Shown piece by piece: positions 36,439 to 45,937 of a stretch of DNA of 64,000 bases (position 1 is its first letter; each line of letters starts with the position of its first letter). The translations under genes and the position numbers were made by a program. Origin of the DNA: Candidatus Lloydbacteria bacterium RIFCSPHIGHO2_02_FULL_50_18 (lineage in GTDB: Bacteria; Patescibacteriota; Minisyncoccia; Phycocordibacterales; UBA6899); contig MHLM01000004.1 of NCBI GenBank assembly GCA_001821395.1, positions 64,001-128,000 on the forward strand, given 5' to 3'. The notes beneath the pieces were generated by a model that was not told the origin of the DNA, did no database searches, and was given only the letters and a program-made list of their open reading frames with translations.

Positions 36439-37470
36439 CTATGGGGTGCGCTGAAATAGTCGCAGTAGAAAAGCAAAAAGGATGTCGTACCACCTTGGTA
36501 TGTACGTTTGAGCGGGAAATGGTAGCGCCTCGTTCATCCAGAGCGCTATGATCTTTCTGAGTTCGGCCACCATGTGCTTGTTGTCAAAAAAGATGCCCGA
36601 TTCGACATTCCAGTCAAATGACAGCGTGTCGAGGTTTTGAGAGCCCATTGTTCCTATTCGGTCATCAACAAGCATGACCTTTGCATGGTTCATCCCGACG
36701 CCCAAGAGGCAGTGCACGCCGATCTTTTCGAAGCGGCTTGCATAATAATAATTGATTCGATCAAGGTATGCATGGTCTGTGGTTTTCGGGATGATGATGG
36801 TCACCACGACCCCACGCATGACGACGCGATGGAGGTGCGCCACCATCCAAGGATGGGGTATGAGATAGGGTGTAACGAGCACGATGCTGTGCTGTGCGCC
36901 ATCAATGTGTTCCTCATAGTGTGCGCGTAATCCGCGAAATTTTTTCTGCACTCCGTTTTCAATGAACCATGTGCGTGCACGACTCCAAAGTTTGGGTTCG
37001 TTCGCAAAGATGAGCGCAGGGTTCTTCCCACCGCATTCACGATAGACACGCGCAAAAGAGCGAACGGCTATTTTTGCAACACGACCGGAGACACGCACTT
37101 GCAGGTCCTTCCAGCGAGCGAATTGTCCGGAGATGTTCACCCCGCCAAGGAAGACGGACCACTCGTCGATGATGAGCATTTTCCGATGTGTGCGACGGAG
37201 CCAATAGCTGAAGAGTCGCACTTCTGCGCCTGCGCTCTTGAGTCGCTCGATCGCTTCATTGGCCAGCCCAAAGCTCCCGAATGCGTCGAGAATAACCACG
37301 ACACGAATACCGGCACGCGCCTTGACCTCAAGTTCTGAAAGAAAATCATACCCCGTTGTATCACCGTCAAAGACATACATTTCGAGATAAATACTCTCCT
37401 TCGCGCCAATGATCGCTTGGAGCATTGCATCCCAGGCATGCTCTGATGTGGTGTAGAATTTACCGCGCAT
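36439..37470 (-). CDS. Phospholipase D family protein / cardiolipin synthase-like
   Basis: Two HKD motifs: HRKMLIIDEWSVFLGGVN and HAKVMLVDDRIGTMGSQNLD. Confidence 0.75.
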   Translation of the reverse strand: MRGKFYTTSEHAWDAMLQAIIGAKESIYLEMYVFDGDTTGYDFLSELEVKARAGIRVVVILDAFGSFGLANEAIERLKSAGAEVRLFSYWLRRTHRKMLIIDEWSVFLGGVNISGQFARWKDLQVRVSGRVAKIAVRSFARVYRECGGKNPALIFANEPKLWSRARTWFIENGVQKKFRGLRAHYEEHIDGAQHSIVLVTPYLIPHPWMVAHLHRVVMRGVVVTIIIPKTTDHAYLDRINYYYASRFEKIGVHCLLGVGMNHAKVMLVDDRIGTMGSQNLDTLSFDWNVESGIFFDNKHMVAELRKIIALWMNEALPFPAQTYIPRWYDILFAFLLRLFQRTP

Positions 37471-37475
37471 AATTT

Positions 37476-37599
37476 AAATTCAGTTCACTACCCCTATCTG
37501 CTTTGTTGCGGGGGCCCCTGCGACGCGGTCACCATATAAGAATATGTTTTCCTTGCCGCTTTCCCCGCGCCTCGCGTATAGGGGCATTGAACTGAATTT
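37476..37599. repeat. Repeat family R2 copy 2 (core 37514..37580) enclosed by a 22-bp inverted repeat AAATTCAGTTCACTACCCCTAT/ATAGGGGCATTGAACTGAATTT
   Basis: The core is about 85% identical to 3366..3428. The flanking inverted repeat (20 of 22 bp) differs in sequence from the one at copy 1. Confidence 0.6.
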
Positions 37600-37671
37600 A
37601 TGATAGATTATAGCGTATTTTTTAGTATTCCACTTCTCCATCGGGTAAAAATCCATGTATAATGCCATCCT

Positions 37672-38724
37672 ATGGATATTGTATTCCCGTCTTTCCTATT
37701 CTATTTGGTATTTCTTTATTTTGCCGACAAGTGGCTTGCTGCACGTCCATACAAGGGTCCGCATTCTGACCACTTCAATGGAAAAAAATTCTACAGCTGG
37801 GGAATGCGTCCCGGGAATGGTTTGGAGGAGCACAATGACTGGAAATTATTTTTCAGATGGGTCAAGCATCGTATGACGAGTAAGTGGCACTATGAAAAGA
37901 ATCGCTTTCATGCAAAGCCTAGAGCACGCGTTCTGGGCGGCGAGATGGTTGTCACCTTCGTGAATCATTCGACGGTGCTCATCCAAACTGAGGGATTGAA
38001 TATCATCACCGATCCGGTGTGGTCGAAACGCGTGAGTCCGTTCATCGGCATCGGACCAAAACGTTATCGTTCCGCCGGCGTCGACTTCAATGATCTCCCT
38101 CCGATCGATATCGTGCTCATTTCGCACAACCATTATGACCATATGGATATTCCGACGTTGAAGCGTATCAACAAGCAATGGAAGCCAAAGATATATGCGG
38201 GACTTGGTAACGCAAAATACTTGCGTCAGCATGGTGTGCGCGGTGCCTTGGATATGGATTGGTGGGATAAGGATGTCGCGAGCAAGGACGTTTCGATTGT
38301 CTGCGCACCCAGCCAGCACTTTTCATCGCGCGCGTTTTCCGACCGCAATAGAACGCTGTGGTGCGGATATGTCATTGAGACGCCACATGGTGATATCTAT
38401 TTCGCAGGGGACACCGGGTACGGTCCATTCATAGAGAAGTTGCATGAACGGTACAAAAAGTTTCGTCTCGCATTTCTGCCTATCGGCGCATTTCGTCCGG
38501 AGTGGTTCATGGGGCCGGTGCACGCATCTCCCGATAAGGCACTCCAGATGCACCACGACCTCAAGGCACAGATGTCAATCGCCATTCATTTCGGAACGTT
38601 TCATCTTGCGGATGATCATCAGGATGAACCGCTTCTGCGTATCCGCCATTTGCTGGCGGTCGCCCCGGAGCCCAAGCCGAATTTCATTCTGCTCGAGAAT
38701 GGCGAGCCGACGACGGTCGATTGA
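37672..38724 (+). CDS. MBL-fold metallo-hydrolase, NAPE-PLD-like
   Basis: ISHNHYDHMD zinc-binding motif and the overall pattern of the NAPE-PLD family. Confidence 0.65.
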   Translation: MDIVFPSFLFYLVFLYFADKWLAARPYKGPHSDHFNGKKFYSWGMRPGNGLEEHNDWKLFFRWVKHRMTSKWHYEKNRFHAKPRARVLGGEMVVTFVNHSTVLIQTEGLNIITDPVWSKRVSPFIGIGPKRYRSAGVDFNDLPPIDIVLISHNHYDHMDIPTLKRINKQWKPKIYAGLGNAKYLRQHGVRGALDMDWWDKDVASKDVSIVCAPSQHFSSRAFSDRNRTLWCGYVIETPHGDIYFAGDTGYGPFIEKLHERYKKFRLAFLPIGAFRPEWFMGPVHASPDKALQMHHDLKAQMSIAIHFGTFHLADDHQDEPLLRIRHLLAVAPEPKPNFILLENGEPTTVD

Positions 38725-38744
38725 TCAGACCAGAGAAGGCACTC

Positions 38745-40007
38745 TTATCCTATGTCTGCGGCGTGTGTTCCCGCGACCCAGCCCGAGGTCCAGCAGAGTT
38801 GGAGGGAGTAGCCTCCGGAGGGGCGGTCGATATCAAGGGCGTCACCGACGACGTAGACCCCTTTGCATTTCTTTGATTCCATCGTACGCATATCGAGCTC
38901 GGCGAGGTCGATGCCGCCCGAAGTTACGATAGCCTTGTCACGCCCCATGAGTTTCGTCGGTGTGAGCGTTATCGCTTTGAGCCATCCGCATAGACGGGTG
39001 CGATCGTCGCGCCGAAGAGCATTCACCTCAATGTCGCCGATGATCTTGTTTTGTTCCAGTGCTACTTCGACGAGCGATGCCGGCAGGAATTCCTTCAGTA
39101 CATTCTTCAGCTTTTTATTGAGATTTTGTCGCAAGAGTACTTGGAGCCTATCATCGAGCATCCCTCTGTCTTCCTTTGGGAACAGGTCTATCGCAAGCGT
39201 GACGATCCCTTCTTCCATCGCTTCGCCGACCGACTTGCTCATGTTGAGGATCAGGGGTCCGGAGAGTCCCGTATGGGTAAAAAGGATCTTCCCGATCTTT
39301 TTTTCAACTATTTTTCCGTCGACTACGAGCGATACCTTTACATCAGTGAACGCAAGTCCCGAAAGTTTGTGACCCCATGTTTCACGGGTTCGTACGGGAA
39401 CAAGAGCGGCATTGCTTTTGTTGATCGAAACGCCAAGTTTTTCTAACCAGCAGAATCCGTCTCCCGTAGACCCTGTTTCGGGATGGGACGTTCCTCCTGT
39501 GCTCACGATGATCTTCCGCGAATGATACGTGGCGCCGTCTTTCTGGGTTATCGTGTATCCGTCGTCGCAAGGAATGATCTCTCGTACTTCACAGTCTGAT
39601 TTGATGACGACATGCCCATCCTGCATGAAGCGTAAAAGTGCGGCAAGTACGGAGCGTGACGAGTCGCTTTTTGGGAATGCGCGCTTTTCAGCCTCGATCT
39701 TTGTTTCCATGCCATGTGATTCAAAAAATTCAAATGTCTCTTTCACGCCGAACTGGGAAAATGGCGAATGGAGAAATTTAGCGCGCGTTCCGTATTTTTG
39801 GAGCAGCGTGCGCGTATCGAATTCCGCATTCGTGAAGTTCGATCGCCCTCCACCCGAGATAAGGAGTTTTCTACCAAGTTCAGGATTTTTCTCAAGCAGA
39901 AGTACGGAGGCGCCAAGGGTACCTGCACGACCCGCAGCGATCATCCCCGCGGGACCTCCGCCGATGACAATGACGTCATACTCGATTGTGTTGTGGATCT
40001 TTTTCAT
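38745..40007 (-). CDS. HI0933/BaiN-family FAD-dependent oxidoreductase (aminoacetone oxidase-like)
   Basis: N-terminal DVIVIGGGPAGMIAA FAD-binding fold. 420 aa. Confidence 0.8.
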   Translation of the reverse strand: MKKIHNTIEYDVIVIGGGPAGMIAAGRAGTLGASVLLLEKNPELGRKLLISGGGRSNFTNAEFDTRTLLQKYGTRAKFLHSPFSQFGVKETFEFFESHGMETKIEAEKRAFPKSDSSRSVLAALLRFMQDGHVVIKSDCEVREIIPCDDGYTITQKDGATYHSRKIIVSTGGTSHPETGSTGDGFCWLEKLGVSINKSNAALVPVRTRETWGHKLSGLAFTDVKVSLVVDGKIVEKKIGKILFTHTGLSGPLILNMSKSVGEAMEEGIVTLAIDLFPKEDRGMLDDRLQVLLRQNLNKKLKNVLKEFLPASLVEVALEQNKIIGDIEVNALRRDDRTRLCGWLKAITLTPTKLMGRDKAIVTSGGIDLAELDMRTMESKKCKGVYVVGDALDIDRPSGGYSLQLCWTSGWVAGTHAADIG

Positions 40008-40113
40008 GTGAGGCTCTTACTATACAGCGCACAATTCTGACGACAAGGGGCGCTTGCTCCGGCGGATTGCACGGCGGTAAAGTGGTGCGCTACAATGTGC
40101 TCACGGTATCTTT

Positions 40114-40674
40114 ATGAAAAAACTCGTCGACAATCGGCATATCGTTATTGCGATCATCGCGTGCATCGTTATTTTCGGCGCATTGTACCGTTCCCGGGAA
40201 GAGCAATTCGGACGCTCTGGAGAGTCGCTGTCGATGAAAGAACTGATCGATTCTCGCACGACACAGAAGTGTATCTTCACCTCATTTTCTCCCGACGTTG
40301 ACACAAGAGGCATGGTCTATGTTTCCGGCGGGGTACTCCGGGGGGATTTTGAGAGTACGAGGAGGTCTGCATCCGGCGGAAGGGTCGTGATGAGTCACAT
40401 GATCGTCGATCATGCATATTCCTACATTTGGTCCCAAGAGATGTCCGGCGCAGGGATGAAGCTTGCACGTTCGGCACAGAAGGGAGCTCTTGAAGTACGT
40501 GAGGGAGAACGTGACCCTGCGCTCTTTGATATCGACCGAAAACTTGATGTTTATTGTGAGCCATGGATGAAGAATAGCTCATTGTTCACGCCCCCTAATG
40601 ACGTCACTTTTCAGGATATGAGCACGGCGGAAACGCCGCGAACTGCCCCCACTGCGATCCTTTTGGGGAGATAA
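40114..40674 (+). CDS. Membrane-anchored hypothetical protein
   Basis: One N-terminal TM. No motifs recognised. Confidence 0.4.
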   Translation: MKKLVDNRHIVIAIIACIVIFGALYRSREEQFGRSGESLSMKELIDSRTTQKCIFTSFSPDVDTRGMVYVSGGVLRGDFESTRRSASGGRVVMSHMIVDHAYSYIWSQEMSGAGMKLARSAQKGALEVREGERDPALFDIDRKLDVYCEPWMKNSSLFTPPNDVTFQDMSTAETPRTAPTAILLGR

Positions 40675-40706
40675 CTACTTCATTCGCGTGGTATTATTGA
40701 CCCAAC

Positions 40707-42557
40707 GTGAACCATAAGATGATCCTGCGGGCAGTTACCGTTTCTCCACGGAGGGAATTCATTGTCGCGCTCCTGTTGCTTGCGGGGCTTTTTGACGCAT
40801 ACGTATTATCGGGTGCACTGCATCTACTCCTGCCTACCGCGATCCTGGGGGCTATCATTCCGTTTCAGAAAGCATGGGCGGGGGTCCGGAGAAAGACGAT
40901 AACGATCGAAGCATTCAATTTTCTTGCGGTCATTGCTTCGTTCGTGACCGGAGAGATCACCTCCGCATCATTCATCGGACTGATGCTCACCTCCGCCGCA
41001 TATCTTGATTGGTACACGGAGTCGCGCGCCACGAATGCGGTCGAGGAGTTGCTCAAATTGAAACCCAACAAAGCATTTCGCGTGAACGGGGACCTCATCG
41101 AAGAAGTTCCCTCGGAGCGTGTCGTTGTCGGCGATGTGCTTGTCGTCAAGAACGGAGAACGTATTCCCGTTGACGGAGTGATCATTTTCGGCGAGGCACT
41201 CGTGAATGAGTCATCACTCTCGGGAGAGTCCCGTCCAATCGAGAAAGCAATAGGTGACGAGGTTTTCTCGGGTACGCTTTCAGAGACGGGCGTGATCAAG
41301 ATGCGTGCCACGAAGGTGGGGAGTGATTCAACGATCGAGCGTATGGTAAAGCTGATCGAAGGCGCCGCAAAACAAAAATCAAAAGCGCAGCGGTTAGCTG
41401 ATCGCTTCGCAGGGATGTTCCTTCCGGTTGTCCTCGTGGCCGGTATCGCCACCTATTTTTTGACACACAATATCTCTATGGTAGTCGCATTCTTCCTTGT
41501 CGTTTGCGCCGACGACATCGCTGTTTCGATCCCGCTTGCCGTCACCGCAAGTCTTGGGCGCGCGGCAAAGCACGGGGTGATTGTGAAAGGGGGAGAATGG
41601 CTCGACGCGCTTGCGAAAGTAAAGATCATCGTGTTCGACAAGACCGGAACACTCACGTACGGAGATTTTCGTCTTGCGGAGTCGCATATTGCGGAAGGTG
41701 TCGCTTCGCCCAATTTTTGGAGATTTGTCGGGATAACGGAAAAATTCTCTGAGCATCCCGTTGGACGAGCTATTTTCAAAGAAGCAAAAAAGTATGCGGA
41801 AGTCATTTCCGATCCGGATGAAGTAATCGTGTATAAGGGTAGCGGCGTGCGCGCGAGGGTAGACGGGCATGATGTCGTCATTGGAAACGAAAAAGTGGTC
41901 AGTGAGGCGGGATTATCGCTCACTTCGGCCGTTGAGCAGCGTTTCGCCGAATATCGCACGTCCGGGAATACCGCAATGATCGTCTTCGTCGATCGTGTCT
42001 ATTGGGGCATACTGGCAATCACTGATACGCCACGTGAGGGCGCACGGGGGAATATCGCCAAATTGAATGCAATGGGTATCCGCACGATCATGCTGACGGG
42101 AGACAATGAAACGGTTGCTAGGGAGGTGTCGAGCAAACTTGGAATCACTGAATTCCGAGCCGGGGTAAGTCCGGAAGGAAAACTGTTTGAGATAGAGACC
42201 CTCTCTAAGGAAGGAGTGCTCGCAATGGTCGGTGATGGGATCAATGATGCTCCGGCACTTGCGCGTGCGAACGTGGGGATCGCGATGGGGGCTGGTGGTA
42301 CTGCGGTCGCCGTTGAGGCTGCCAATGTGGTCATCCTGACCGATGAGTTGGATCGCATACCCGAGATGATCTTGCTTGCGCGGCGTACCGTCTCGGTCGT
42401 CAATTACAATATGGGAATTTGGTTCATCACGAATGCGATCGGCATCACGCTCGTCTTTGCCGGTATCTTGGGACCCGCACTTGCCGCATTCTACAACTTT
42501 GCAACCGATTTCCTTCCGCTTATCAATTCACTCCGCCTGTTCCGTCGCAGCCGGTAA
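40707..42557 (+). CDS. P-type cation-transporting ATPase (no N-terminal metal-binding domain; CPx replaced by CAD)
   Basis: DKTGTLT phosphorylation motif, GDGINDAP and TGES-like SGES motifs. Confidence 0.85.
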   Translation: MNHKMILRAVTVSPRREFIVALLLLAGLFDAYVLSGALHLLLPTAILGAIIPFQKAWAGVRRKTITIEAFNFLAVIASFVTGEITSASFIGLMLTSAAYLDWYTESRATNAVEELLKLKPNKAFRVNGDLIEEVPSERVVVGDVLVVKNGERIPVDGVIIFGEALVNESSLSGESRPIEKAIGDEVFSGTLSETGVIKMRATKVGSDSTIERMVKLIEGAAKQKSKAQRLADRFAGMFLPVVLVAGIATYFLTHNISMVVAFFLVVCADDIAVSIPLAVTASLGRAAKHGVIVKGGEWLDALAKVKIIVFDKTGTLTYGDFRLAESHIAEGVASPNFWRFVGITEKFSEHPVGRAIFKEAKKYAEVISDPDEVIVYKGSGVRARVDGHDVVIGNEKVVSEAGLSLTSAVEQRFAEYRTSGNTAMIVFVDRVYWGILAITDTPREGARGNIAKLNAMGIRTIMLTGDNETVAREVSSKLGITEFRAGVSPEGKLFEIETLSKEGVLAMVGDGINDAPALARANVGIAMGAGGTAVAVEAANVVILTDELDRIPEMILLARRTVSVVNYNMGIWFITNAIGITLVFAGILGPALAAFYNFATDFLPLINSLRLFRRSR

Positions 42558-42567
42558 TCATTCAGTT

Positions 42568-43350
42568 ATGAACCAAATGGATACACCGATACCCGATATG
42601 ACCGAGATGCGCAAGAGGCGTAGCGGAGCGCGCTCATATCCGATCGATCTTGCGGCACCGGAAAATAGAGAACGTGCCGTAGATGTTCGCTTACATGGTA
42701 TCGCGGGCGCAAATTATTACTATCGAAAAGATAATCCGCCTTACAACCATCGCGCGCCGGCAGCTATTCCCGAACTGTTCGTACGCGAGGGGGTCCTCTC
42801 GCGTTTAGAGGAGGTGAATGCTGCTCTTGCACTAGATGATCTCGAAGTATATCTCTTTGATGCGTATCGTCCCGTCCAGTTGCAAAACTATTTTCATGAC
42901 GAATGGGTGCCGAGCTATTTACGAAAAAAGAATCCTGACTGGACTGATGAAGAGATTCTGCAGGAGGTCGGCAACTATTGGGCAAGGGGAGCAGCCGATC
43001 ATACTAAGATCGACCCGTTATCCCCACCGCCACATGCGACGGGTGGTGTTGTTGACCTCACGCTCCGCTCTCGTACAACAAAGGAAGAACTTCCTATGGG
43101 TGGTGTATTCGATGACGTGTCCCGGATCTCGTTTGTGGATCATTTTGAAAAAGAAGGAAACCTGCGTGCATTGACCAAGCATGAACATGAAGCACGAAAG
43201 AATCGTCGTATGCTCTATGCGGTCATGATCAGGGCGGGATTTACGGTAAATCCGAATGAATGGTGGCACTACGGTTTTGGTGATCAGCTTTCCTCGTCGC
43301 TCCTTCGTGCTCCTCATGCGGTATATTCCGTGATGCAGGTCGACCAATAA
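42568..43350 (+). CDS. D-Ala-D-Ala dipeptidase (VanX/DdpX, peptidase M15D)
   Basis: PPHATGGVVDL (an SxHxxGxAxD-like motif) and EWWHYGFGD (an EWWHF-like motif). Confidence 0.7.
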   Translation: MNQMDTPIPDMTEMRKRRSGARSYPIDLAAPENRERAVDVRLHGIAGANYYYRKDNPPYNHRAPAAIPELFVREGVLSRLEEVNAALALDDLEVYLFDAYRPVQLQNYFHDEWVPSYLRKKNPDWTDEEILQEVGNYWARGAADHTKIDPLSPPPHATGGVVDLTLRSRTTKEELPMGGVFDDVSRISFVDHFEKEGNLRALTKHEHEARKNRRMLYAVMIRAGFTVNPNEWWHYGFGDQLSSSLLRAPHAVYSVMQVDQ

Positions 43351-43352
43351 AA

Positions 43353-43380
43353 AACCGCCTGACGTGTGTCAGGGCGGCTG
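43353..43380. terminator. Hairpin terminator between convergent genes
   Basis: CCGCCTGAC-gtgtg-TCAGGGCGG with a T-run on the minus strand. Confidence 0.55.
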
Positions 43381-43395
43381 TAGTGTGAGATTGAT

Positions 43396-44208
43396 CTAGA
43401 AGAGTAGATACAACCTTCGAACGTCTCCGAGTAGTGCGATCACCGTGAGGGTGATCACGCAATACAGTCCTGTTTTATCAAACACCTTTGACGCACGTGG
43501 AGTATATTTATCCACGAGATACTTGATCGTTTGACCGCCGTCGAGCGGGTAAAGCGGGATCAGATTGGTGAGCGCAAGGAGATAGGAAACGAGCATTCCG
43601 AAAAAGAGCACATCAATGAGATTTTTCGTGTATTGACCCGCCATTTGACCAAGTACAATCATTCCTCCGGAATTTTCCACGAATTGTTGCCCGGTGATTT
43701 TGTAAAATGCCATGATCACGAGTCCGAAGATGACGAGCGAGAGGGGTGGGAAGAGATATCGCGTGATCGGCTTCGCGAGCACAACAAGACCGAGTGCTCC
43801 TGCGAGTCCGCACACGATCATTCGGAGCGGTGTGATGGTTCCGAACGCTGTTGTTATGACCTTATCGTCGGGTAGCAGTGCGCCGATGAGCGCGATGCTG
43901 AGTGCGATGTAGACGAGATTGCCGATGATCCCCGCACCGCAGACGAATGCATTCGTCTTGTAGGATTTTCTCATTTCGCTTTCTTCAGAGCGCACGAACG
44001 CGCCGAGCAAAAGAGGGTAGATCGATATCCGAAAGGTCTTTTTTTGATCGACCTTGCTTTTCCATGTCATGCCGAGGCTAGGTCCGAAGGGGAGCCCGAT
44101 GCCAAGCTCACTTACCCAAATGCCGCTCATGCGCATCGCGATTAGGTGCCCCAGTTCATGGAATAGCACCGTGACCAAGATCAAGAAAAGCGCGAGGGAA
44201 TAGTACAT
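43396..44208 (-). CDS. Site-2 protease family (M50) membrane metallopeptidase
   Basis: HELGH within a TM segment and an LYPLDGGQ motif. The start is ambiguous (44208 or 44298). Confidence 0.65.
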   Translation of the reverse strand: MYYSLALFLILVTVLFHELGHLIAMRMSGIWVSELGIGLPFGPSLGMTWKSKVDQKKTFRISIYPLLLGAFVRSEESEMRKSYKTNAFVCGAGIIGNLVYIALSIALIGALLPDDKVITTAFGTITPLRMIVCGLAGALGLVVLAKPITRYLFPPLSLVIFGLVIMAFYKITGQQFVENSGGMIVLGQMAGQYTKNLIDVLFFGMLVSYLLALTNLIPLYPLDGGQTIKYLVDKYTPRASKVFDKTGLYCVITLTVIALLGDVRRLYLLF

Positions 44209-44334
44209 TGAGATCCTCCCTTTCAGTATATTGAGAACATCTGCTGACCACAGTAACATGCTTTCGTTTTTCGTCAACAGACGCATGTCTATATACAAAA
44301 TGCCTGCAAGGGAATTTTGAGGTATAACTAATGC

Positions 44335-45456
44335 ATGGAACCGCTTGCCTCACGATTGCGCCCCGATACGCTTGATGGTTTTGTCGGGCAGGAGCATCTT
44401 GTTGGCGCCGGGAAGCCGATCCGTGCGGCGATGGAGGAACTCCACCTTTTCTCATTCATCCTTTGGGGTCCGCCCGGAGTCGGGAAGACCACGCTCGCAC
44501 GTATCTATGCGGATGCGATCGACGCGAAATTCTATGAACTTTCTGCGGTCTCCGCGGGAAAGTCGGACGTGAAGGCGATCCTCGACGAATCATATGACGG
44601 GCATAAGATCCTTTTTCTCGATGAGATCCATCGTTTCAATAAGGCGCAGCAGGACTATCTCTTGCCCTTCGTAGAAAGCGGCAAGCTCACCCTGATCGGA
44701 GCTACGACGGAGAACCCGAGCTTTGAGGTCATCCCTGCGCTCCTCTCGCGTTGCCGGGTGTTCGTGCTCAAAGAGCTTTCCGAAGAAGACATGAGACGTA
44801 TCATCGCGCGCGCACCTGTCGTGATCGATGATTCCGCCCGCGATTGGCTCATTGCGCTTGCGAGCGGAGATGCAAGGCAGGCGCTCACCGTTATTGATGC
44901 CACACTCGCACTCTATAAGAGTGTAACGGTAGAGCACCTAACACAGACGATACAGTCAAAGCATCTCCGTTATGATAAGGCGGGAGAAGAACATTACAAT
45001 ACCGTCTCCGCATTCATCAAGTCGATGCGCGCTTCGCAGCCCGATGCGGCGATGTATTATCTTGCGCGTATGGTCGAGGCGGGTGAGGACCCGCTCTTCA
45101 TCGCGCGCCGCATGGTGATATTCGCGAGCGAAGATATCGGACTCGCACAGCCTACCGCGCTCGTTGTTGCGAACGCCGTCTTTCGTGCATGCGAAACGGT
45201 CGGGTATCCGGAGTGCGCCATCAATCTCGCTCAGGGGGTTGCATACCTTGCGCACAGTAAGAAGGACCGCAGTGCGCACGATGCACTTCGGGCCGCACAG
45301 TCCGACGTGCGCACGCACGGCAATTTAGCGATCCCATTGGTTATTCGCAATGCACCCACAAAACTGATGAAGGAATTGAACTACGGTAAGGGTTATGAAA
45401 TGTACGGAGACGCCAGTTTTTTGCCGGAAGAGCTCAAGGGAAAACACTACTTCTAG
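44335..45456 (+). CDS. rarA: Replication-associated recombination protein A (AAA+ ATPase), short form
   Basis: GPPGVGKTT Walker A, LFLDEIHR Walker B/sensor region and a C-terminal MgsA helical domain. Confidence 0.85.
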   Translation: MEPLASRLRPDTLDGFVGQEHLVGAGKPIRAAMEELHLFSFILWGPPGVGKTTLARIYADAIDAKFYELSAVSAGKSDVKAILDESYDGHKILFLDEIHRFNKAQQDYLLPFVESGKLTLIGATTENPSFEVIPALLSRCRVFVLKELSEEDMRRIIARAPVVIDDSARDWLIALASGDARQALTVIDATLALYKSVTVEHLTQTIQSKHLRYDKAGEEHYNTVSAFIKSMRASQPDAAMYYLARMVEAGEDPLFIARRMVIFASEDIGLAQPTALVVANAVFRACETVGYPECAINLAQGVAYLAHSKKDRSAHDALRAAQSDVRTHGNLAIPLVIRNAPTKLMKELNYGKGYEMYGDASFLPEELKGKHYF

Positions 45457-45639
45457 TCTTCGGTCATTTGTTTTCTGCACGCTAATGCGGTGCATGATGC
45501 ATGTTTGTGAATCCTTTTTTATTGCATAAACATTATTTCCGCCGACATGATGCGTTATCGAGTTGCAAGTTTTATATAGTTGGTGCAAAATAGTAGGATG
45601 ATAGAGTCAGGTGATCACGAACAGAAGGAGGTCAAAAAG

Positions 45640-45915
45640 TTGCTTGATCGTCTGTGTGGCGATAGGGAAGAGGGTCGCTTCGTTTCGCGATCGATGATCC
45701 TTATGACATGCGCAGTACTGCTCATCGTGACCGCTGGGCTGTTCTTTTCAACGCACAAGATGACGCAAGCGCGATTAATGAATCCGCCACTCGCCACAGA
45801 AAAGACCCCCCCCATCAGTCCACAGGAATGGAATACTCGCCTTAATGATGTTGGGATGATCCTTCACCCCGAATTGGCATCTTCCACCCAGAAAGTGGAT
45901 TCGTCGGATATTTAA
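45640..45915 (+). CDS. Small hypothetical membrane-anchored protein containing a C9 homopolymer
   Basis: An AGAAGGAGG ribosome-binding site lies upstream of TTG 45640. One TM. C9 tract at 45805..45813. Confidence 0.3.
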   Translation: MLDRLCGDREEGRFVSRSMILMTCAVLLIVTAGLFFSTHKMTQARLMNPPLATEKTPPISPQEWNTRLNDVGMILHPELASSTQKVDSSDI

Positions 45916-45937
45916 AATAGTCGCTCATTCATATTTA

